DNA of 63,751 bases, filler included, from Reclinomonas americana ATCC 50394 (Eukaryota), in NCBI GenBank assembly GCA_048213135.1. It is 11 parts of 7 records of this genome, joined end to end, with 100 filler letters (N's around TTAATTAATTAA, not from the genome) between each part and the next. Parts side by side here need not be neighbours in the genome. Positions count along the whole stretch, not along the records: positions 51,824 to 56,129 come from PS015545.1; positions 56,230 to 61,849 come from PS015546.1; positions 61,950 to 63,751 come from PS015565.1; 8 more parts are not named here. The stretch is one strand, 5' to 3'. Below the pieces are notes generated by a model that did no database searches, was not told where the DNA came from, and saw only the letters and a program-made list of their open reading frames with translations. Below, piece by piece: positions 55,999 to 63,751 of the stretch. The position numbers and the translations under genes are program-made. Each line of letters starts with the position of its first letter. Within the stretch, counting starts at the first letter, position 1.

Positions 55999-56637
55999 CC
56001 AGTGAGTATAAAGAAGAAGAAGAAGAAGAAGAAGAAGCAGAAGCAGAAGGAGGAGGAGGAGGAGGAGGAGGAGGAGGAGGAGGAGGAGGAGAGAGAGAGG
56101 AGAAGAGAGAGAGAGAGAAGAGAGAGAGANNNNNNNNNNNNNNNNNNNNNNNNNNNNNNNNNNNNNNNNNNNNTTAATTAATTAANNNNNNNNNNNNNNN
56201 NNNNNNNNNNNNNNNNNNNNNNNNNNNNNTGCTGGCGTTTCTGCAAGAGAAACCACGGCTCGTGACAAGCATGGATTTGACGCCGACTATCTAACCTCTG
56301 GTCATCGCCTGCATCGACAACTAGAACGAATGTTGATGTTTTGGATATGGTTGGACTTGGTCATCAAGACAGCTGCCTTCTCAACGATCGTCAAACTATT
56401 GGCGAGCCTTGTCGACGACCATCCGCCCTCCCCAGGACCACTTGCACCGACAATGAACGCAGTATACATGCGTGTGCATCACAAACGACGATTAGCAAAT
56501 GGTACATGCCGACGTAGAGGAGCTCAAGCATCGGTTGCCACGTCTGCGACGGGAACGAGGAGCTGCTGCTGCTGCGCGCTGTACACGTGCACACATACAC
56601 ACAAAGGAAGGAGAAAGTGCGTTCGGTTTCTTGTTGG

Positions 56638-59306
56638 TCACAGGCGTCCGTACGCGGACAAGCCGACCTCATCATCATCGTCTTCGTCTTCGTCGTCGTC
56701 GTTGCCGACGTCCGGCACGTAGTCTGCGTCATCCTCGTCGTCGCCGTCGTCGTCTTCGTCCGCTTCGCCGTCGGGCGTCGTGTAGCCCTCATCGTCGTCA
56801 TCGCCGGCGCCGTGCGCGCGCTGAGCAGCAGCAGCAGCAGCGGCCTCGCGACGCCGTTGTCTTGTGCCGGCACTCCTGCACGTGCTCAACGCCAGTGAGT
56901 GACATGCGAGAACAAGGGAGAGCGGAACAGCTGAACGCACGGAGCAACCGAGTCCGACGGCGGCGCCCAGTGACCAATGGTGCCGTCCCACGACGAAGAG
57001 AGAATGAGCGGCAACCGCGGATGCCACGCGACATCGCGCACAATGCCCTCGTGGTGTTGCAGTGTGGCCACGATGTCGCCAGTGAGCACGTCGTAGACTG
57101 CAGAAGCGCGAGTGAGAAATTCCTGCGCTCGCTCACTCCCACACCATCGCTCGTGCGACGCAACTGACAACCGAGCCGTCGGCAGAACCCGTGTAGATGA
57201 ACTGCTGGCCAGTGGTCTCGGCCGGTGAAAAGTACGCTCGGATCAGGGTGCGCATGACCCGGTGACCGAGATACGTCATGAGACTGTGATCGACACGAGC
57301 GCGTCGACTCGGTCCTGAAAGACACACATAGAGTGAGACGCGCTGCTCGCCATTGCCGACTTTCTCCACGCGAGGGGCGCATACTCACCACCAGTCGTTC
57401 GTCTGGGTTCCCATCGATAGTCCCACGTGGCGTGTCGTGCGGCGCCCGTGCTGCTGCCTGGTGCCGCCATGAGACGAATGTCCCACAGCTTGATGCTTTG
57501 ATCCTTGGAGTTGCTGATAATGTAGCGGCTGTCGCCCTGCGCACCACACCGAGACCTCAGAATCACACAGGAGAATCACCACTAATCATTGACTGCAGCC
57601 AACCTTGGTCGACACGCAGGTGATGCCTTCCAAGTGACCGGCCAGCATTCCGACAGGCTTGCCCGAACCCGCATCACTCAACAGTCGCCGATCCCACACC
57701 TGCCAGCACGCATGTCAGTGGCGCCACACTCCCGCACTGTGCGCACATGCATTCCCGATCAGCACCTTTACAAGGGCATCGTCGCTGCCACTGCAGAACA
57801 GGAACGACGAGTCGTCCAGGAAGGTGACCGAGTTGATGTCGTCCTGGTGCGCATCAATCTGCACACGGTGTGAGCACACACAAAGTCACTCCTACTGTCG
57901 AGTCGACTGGACGCAACTCGCAGTGTTCTTTGCTTCAGATCCAGATTGTACAAGTACAGCGCGCCGTCATTCGCGCCGGCCAGAATCTCACGCCCACTCG
58001 GCGAGAATTGCACCGAGAACGGACAGAAACTCTGATGCGACGATGGTCTGCTCGCGGACGCACATGCAGGTAAGTGAGCTTGAGGACGGAGTGCAAGGCG
58101 AGGAAAGCAACGAGTGGCAGTACCGCAGAGACAGCGCCTCGTGAACCTCCACCTCGCCGTAAATGTTGGCAATGTGAACTGTGGGGGGCTGCAAGTCAGA
58201 GTCCAAACAAACGGCAACCTACAATGTGCGCACAACGCAACTTGCGTCACACCACGACGAGTACACCACCCACTGCTGATCGCGCGAAAAGTCGCTGCCA
58301 ATCAGACTCCATCCCATCTCACGCGCCCGGATACGCCGGAACGGCCGCGCCCGCCGACACGCACTCGCCGCATCCTCAATCTCCTCAATCGAAAACAAGC
58401 GAATGTACGCATCCTGCGCCGCACTCATAAACACCGAGCCGTCCGGCCCAAATCGCCCATTGAACGCATGACTGTCGACCGAAGCTGCAACAGCGCGATC
58501 AATGAACGCCTCCCAACTGTCAACAACAAGAAGCTCGCACCAACAGTGTTCCGGTACTCGACAGGCAACAGATCCTGACCAGCGCGCGTCTTGAACACGC
58601 GACCTCCATCGTGTCGACTGGTGATCGCTCGTGCGCCGGCCTCGCGCTACAGCACGAAGTGAGGGAAGAAACGGCATGCAAACAACGAGACAGAGAGCGA
58701 CACTGAGCTCACCGAACGGAGCATTCGTGAGAGTGGAGCACGGTTCTTGTATGACACGCGGCCAGTCACTTGCAACAACTCAGCCGCCAGTGGACTTGCG
58801 CGAAAGACAAGTCAACAATCCTCCGACTTTTTTTCCCCCCTCTGTGTGTGTGTGCGTGTTGGCGTTACCTTGATTGAAGTGCCTCGCGCTGCGCCAGTCG
58901 CCACTGCAGCACAGTGCACGACGAGGCCGAGGCCGGAGAAGAGGACGAAGATGAGGCGCCATGTCCGCGCGCGTATGTGCGATCAATGTGCTCTCCTCCT
59001 TCTTCTTCTCCGACTTGATCCTCGTCGTCGTCGTCTTCATCCGCGGCTCCAGCAGCGCCTCTGGTGAGCGTGAGAGAGAAGGGGAGGGAGAGAGAGAGAG
59101 CGCGCGCGATGGTGATCACTCACGTTGTGTGCACATAGACACAGAGAGACACGCACTCGTCTCTCTCTCTCTCTTTCTTCTATGTCTCTCTCAGTGTGTG
59201 TGGTGAGTGAGCGAGTGTGCTTGCAAGCAGTGATGTTTTACCCTTGCAGGCGCTGGACGAGCTGCAAGAAGCGATCGGCCAAGGTTCGCATGTCTCGTCG
59301 ACTCAT
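56638..59306 (-). CDS. DCAF11: DDB1/CUL4-associated factor 11 (WDR23/LEC14B)
   Basis: DSRYIISNSKDQSIKLWDIR, WDYRW, MTYLGHRVMRTLIRAYFSPAETTGQQFIYTGS, VRDVAWHP, SSSWDG. Confidence 0.92.
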
Positions 59307-59451
59307 TCTCCTTCCTCTGTGCGCGTGTGACAGTCCCTGACGGTGTGTGCGTTGGGTGTGATTGCTGCGGAGCCCACGCGCGAAAACTCCGACATTCCGA
59401 CAAGGACATACGACGTTCCACAATGATACAACAAAAAGACTTCATAATCCC

Positions 59452-60977
59452 TCAGCTGCACCCCTGGCAACCGTGGCACGAGTTGCAGCAGTAGCCGACC
59501 ATAAAGGACTCGCCGCATTTGCCCCAGCCGGCTTGCTGAGCGCAGGTGTAGTTGCTGTCGGGCGGTGTGTCGCTGCAGCTGGGCGATCCGGAGCCAGAGC
59601 TGGAGCCGGATCCAGAGGCGCCGCAGCCGGCGGCACAGCCAAAGCACCTGTGTACCAGAGTGTGAGGACGACGATTAGAAAGAGTATACTGGAGAAGGCG
59701 ACGCAACGTGTTGCAGCAGTGGCCGACCATCCACGACTGAGAGCACTGGCCCCAGCCGGCCTGCTGCGCGCACGTGTAGTTGTTGTCGGGCGGTGTGTCG
59801 GTGCACGAGCCGGATGAGCCCGAGCTGGAGCTGGAGGAGCTCGAGGAACTGGAGCCCACGCCGCAGCCGGACGCGCAACCAAAGCAACTGTTCGAGGAGG
59901 ATGAGTGGAAGGGTGAAGAGGGAGAGACAAGAGAGAAACGAGACGCAACGTGTTGCAGCAATAGCCAGCCATCCATGACTGGCTGCACTGGCCCCACGCC
60001 GCCTGTTGGGCGCACGTGTAGTTGTTGTCGGGAGGAATGTCGGAGCAGGCACCTGCGAGTGGGGCGTGAGTCAAGAAGCCGAAACCGCTGCACAGGAACA
60101 AGGCGCACGCACCAGAGGTACCACTTGTGGCCGGCGCCACCGGACCAAGCGGCGTGCTGGAGCTCACAATCTGCAATCGAAACCGACGTGAACAAGATGT
60201 CACTCCCAATACACATGTTGCGCAGCTTACCGAGTAAGTGATGGGCAGTCCGGGATTGGCCGGATTGCTGGTGGCGATGGTGAAGAAGGCCGTGTCACTG
60301 CAGTGCACACACACGTGAGTGAGTCAGCCAGCAACACCCACACTTCTGCGTTGAATGTGGCAAGCACGCACCAAATGTCCATGTGATTCGGATCCGACGC
60401 ACCGCACACACCTGTAACAACACATCGTCAGACAATGAGGATTTGCCCAGCACTGCGCTCACCACACGCACCATGCAGCATGTTGCAGCCGTGGTTGTGC
60501 GGGCAGGCATTGGTGACCATGGCCACCACGCACTGGCCCTTGCAGAACGGCGCCGCGACCGGGTTTCTACCAGACACATGAGAAAGCTATACGCTGAATT
60601 GCTTACATGGCACACAAACAGGGCACGCAACGATGCATCACAGCACAGCTGCACGCGCACGCCACACGGCACACCCGGGCACTGCGGGCACCCACTCCCA
60701 TTATCACACGAGTACGAGTTGGGCTGATCGCACGGTGGCGACGCCGCCGTGCACGGCGTTCCCCCGGACTGCGTGAAAATGTCTGACAGATCGCCCGGCG
60801 CCACACAGTAGCCACCCACAGAGTTGTAGTTGAGCGAGCCACAAGGCGAGGTGCCCTCCTGCGACTGGCTAAAGTGCGTGGCATCGCCAGAGGAATCGCG
60901 AGGCGAAAACCACTGCGTTTCCGTAAATCAGTAGAGCGAACAATGATGCAATAAAAGAAAGAGAGAGAGAGAGAGAG

Positions 60978-61021
<44 letters not shown>

Positions 61022-61428
61022 TGATAGTTACCGAGGCTGTCATGTTTGTTCCCGCGCGCAATGGGTGATTCATTTGAAGGCCCAGCATGCGGCCTTTGAT
61101 GGTGGGCCGATTGACAGTGACAACCTGCGCACACACACACAAAGAAAGAAAGAGAGAGTGTGTGAGTGAGTGTGAGAGTCGGGTGCACGACATGGCCATA
61201 AAAGGAGACCAATACTCTTCCATAAAATCGCGCGCGCGTGTGTGTGTCTCTCTCTATTCTCTCTCTCTCTCTCTCTGTCTCTGTCTCTGTCTGTCTGTCT
61301 GTCTTTACTCTCACCATGACAACGAGCGCAGTGGAAAAGACAGCAAACATGACAAAGGCAATGATCATGTTCCGCATGTTGCGCGTGCGCACAGCTGCGG
61401 CCGAGTGCTTCAACTCGAGAGCGTTCAT
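59452..61428 (-). CDS. Membrane-anchored or secreted expansin/GH45-like DPBB protein with three C-terminal Cys-rich putative carbohydrate-binding modules
   Basis: N-terminal hydrophobic segment, SGDATHF...SPCG, CVVAMVTNACP, NHMDI, then three C-x-D-x-PPD-x-NYTCAQQAxWGxC...CCNxCxGC repeats with GS linkers. Confidence 0.7.
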
Positions 61429-61654
61429 GCTGTCTCGCAGGAAGGACACAGAGCAAACGAAGAGTGAGAAGAAAAGGAATTTTCAGACTGGTTTTTTTGT
61501 GTTGTGTGAGAGAGAAGATGGGTTGTGGAGCAGGAAGTTGCGTCTCTTTTCTCTCACTGTGTGTGTCTCTTTGATCGCTGACTGATTGACTGTGTGTGTG
61601 TGTATGCGCGCAGAGTCGATTGATGTGTCGAAAGGTGATACAAACGACTCGCAC

Positions 61655-61741
<87 letters not shown>

Positions 61742-62768
61742 TAGTGTCGTCGTACTCTACTCTCTCGTCTCGTACGTACGTACGTACGACGTAGTACGGT
61801 ACGGTAGTACGGTACGACGTACGTACGTACGACGTAGACGACGTACGTANNNNNNNNNNNNNNNNNNNNNNNNNNNNNNNNNNNNNNNNNNNNTTAATTA
61901 ATTAANNNNNNNNNNNNNNNNNNNNNNNNNNNNNNNNNNNNNNNNNNNNAACGCAGTCTTTACACACAGCAAGCCAAAGTGACGTCACTCAACAGTTTGT
62001 CCATTGTCACCTTTCCCGCAAAAACTCCAACTGCAAGCGGTGGCACGAGTGGGCGAGGAAGAGAAGGAGGTGTACAGGTTAGATATTCCTGCACCTGAAA
62101 GGGCGGGGGTATTGCGTGCCGTCGAAGTGCAAGAAAATTAATTGTCAGGATCCATGATCACCTTTCCTGCAAACTCCAACTGCAAGCGGCTGTGGGGGTG
62201 GACGAGGAAGAGAAGAAGATGTAGAGGTTTGCTTTCTCTGTGACTACCACCGTGTTTATGCACAGACGCGACACAGAATTCGAATTGCCGTTGAATTGTC
62301 TTTCACTTTCGCAAGTTCTGCGCACGCAGGTAGCTGCAGGCGGGAGTGGACTGTGCGGAACTGTGTAGAGGCTCGCTTTCTTTGCACCCGCAATCGTTGG
62401 GGCTTGCAAGTCGAGTGAAAAGATGCAACTTGTCCGGATCCTTTCGATTTCGAATTCGCCGTTCTGGAGAACGCTGCTGGCGGCTGCGTGAGTGGACGGT
62501 GTAGACAAGAATACGCAGGCGACTCTCGCTTCTTTGCAGTTGCAACTGCACTCGTGATCGCGCTCGATATCGATGCTTGCGCATACGGAGAATTCGAAGG
62601 AAAGCCTGCGCCGAATGGCAATGCTGAACCGCTGAAGCAACGCTGTGTATAGCGATCTCCTAGTTTCCCTTGCGCGGTTTCTCTCCGCACGTCACGAAAG
62701 TGACGTCATGCGCGACGATTGTCCACAGTCACTTTTATCTCGCGAGTTGAGCGCGCGCTGTGTGGAGA

Positions 62769-63004
62769 ATGCTGACCTTCAATGTCGACGATGTTTCGTG
62801 CTCTCCTTTGTTCTCTCCCATGCTCTCCCTCATGCGCTCACTCTTTTGCCCTTTTCTTCAGATGATTGAGAGACTGGAGAGTGGGCAGTGGCTGAAGGAG
62901 GCGGAGATTGAGTGGTTGTGTCGACGTGTGGTGGAGTTGCTGGTTGATGAGGGAAATGTGGTTGCGCTGGAGCCGCCGTTGACGATTGTGGGAGCGATTC
63001 GAGG
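62769..63004 (+). CDS. PPP-family (PP2A/PP4/PP6-like) phosphatase homolog, first two exons
   Basis: MLTFNVDD|MIERLESGQWLKEAEIEWLCRRVVELLVDEGNVVALEPPLTIVGAIRG. The gene continues past a long CT-rich intron and the window end. Confidence 0.8.
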
Positions 63005-63225
63005 GTGTGTGTGTGTGAGAGAAGGGAGAAGAGCGTGCATTGTTCCTTGGTGATTCTGTTGTGCACACGTGTTGGTGTGTGTGCGTGTGTGCGTGTGTGG
63101 GAGAGAGTCGTGCTCTCTCTCACTCTCTCACGCACATTCTCACACACGTCTCTTCAAACTCGGAAGAGAGAATACACTGTAATCAAACCTGCTTGCTATC
63201 TCTCTCTCTTCTCGCTCGCTCTCTC

Positions 63226-63256
<31 letters not shown>

Positions 63257-63751
63257 GCTCTCTGCTCTCCTCTCTTGCCTCTCATCCATGTTTCCCATCT
63301 TCTCATCTCTCATCACTCTCATCGTTCCCTTTCCTCATCACTCTCAACTTTCTTCTCTCTCCCAACTTCACCTGCATTCCGCCGTCCTTTCACGTTCTCA
63401 TCTCACTCTCTCTCTCTCTCTTTCTTCATGCTCTACTTCATTCACGTGTCAGGTAGCACCTCATTTGCAGCGCCCTCCTTGTAAAACACCAACGCATTCA
63501 TGCATTCTCGTCTCTCATCTCTCTCGTCTCTCATCTCTCTCTCTGTCGTCATCATCTATCACTTGTCAGAATCAACTCACTCGCAGTCTCCCGTGATCGG
63601 AGAACACCACTCATACACTGTGTCACGTTTAGCAACTCATCACCCTTGCATTCCTCTTCTCCTTCTTGTGTTCTGCACAACGAGGAGTGGGCCTCATTCT
63701 CCTTGCTCATTTCCATGCATTGCTCTCTTCCCCTCACTTCCCCCCGTCTCG

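Overview
Gene-dense, intron-rich nuclear DNA from a GC-rich, flagellated, mitochondrion-bearing protist. It is a gapped pyrosequencing-style draft with TTAATTAATTAA contig linkers, TACG run-off at contig ends and at least two mis-oriented contigs. Splicing exons by hand gives about 20 genes: DNAAF5-like HEAT protein, DNA ligase I, tandem WD40 genes, SRP68, cAR-like GPCR, CE4 deacetylase, UTP18, KATNIP, androglobin-like protein, MCM3, homeobox, TOM40, SET/LSMT, TRMT61A, TSR2, FkbM methyltransferase, DCAF11, an expansin/GH45-like protein with three Cys-rich modules, and a PPP phosphatase-like gene. An accessory block at about 11.4-21 kb adds a non-LTR relic, an aerolysin/lysenin-like toxin candidate and a ubiquitin-Zn protein. 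The strongest unexplained signal is in the splice sites. About 29 hand-placed introns across most genes begin with /GTTGCG, the ordinary /GTGCG donor shifted one base downstream, and none of them follows an exonic G. Donors that do follow an exonic G are degenerate or in the normal register. This suggests a two-class 5' splice-site system with widespread +1 shifted recognition. All gene names come from motif recognition, not database searches, and exon boundaries are manual inferences.
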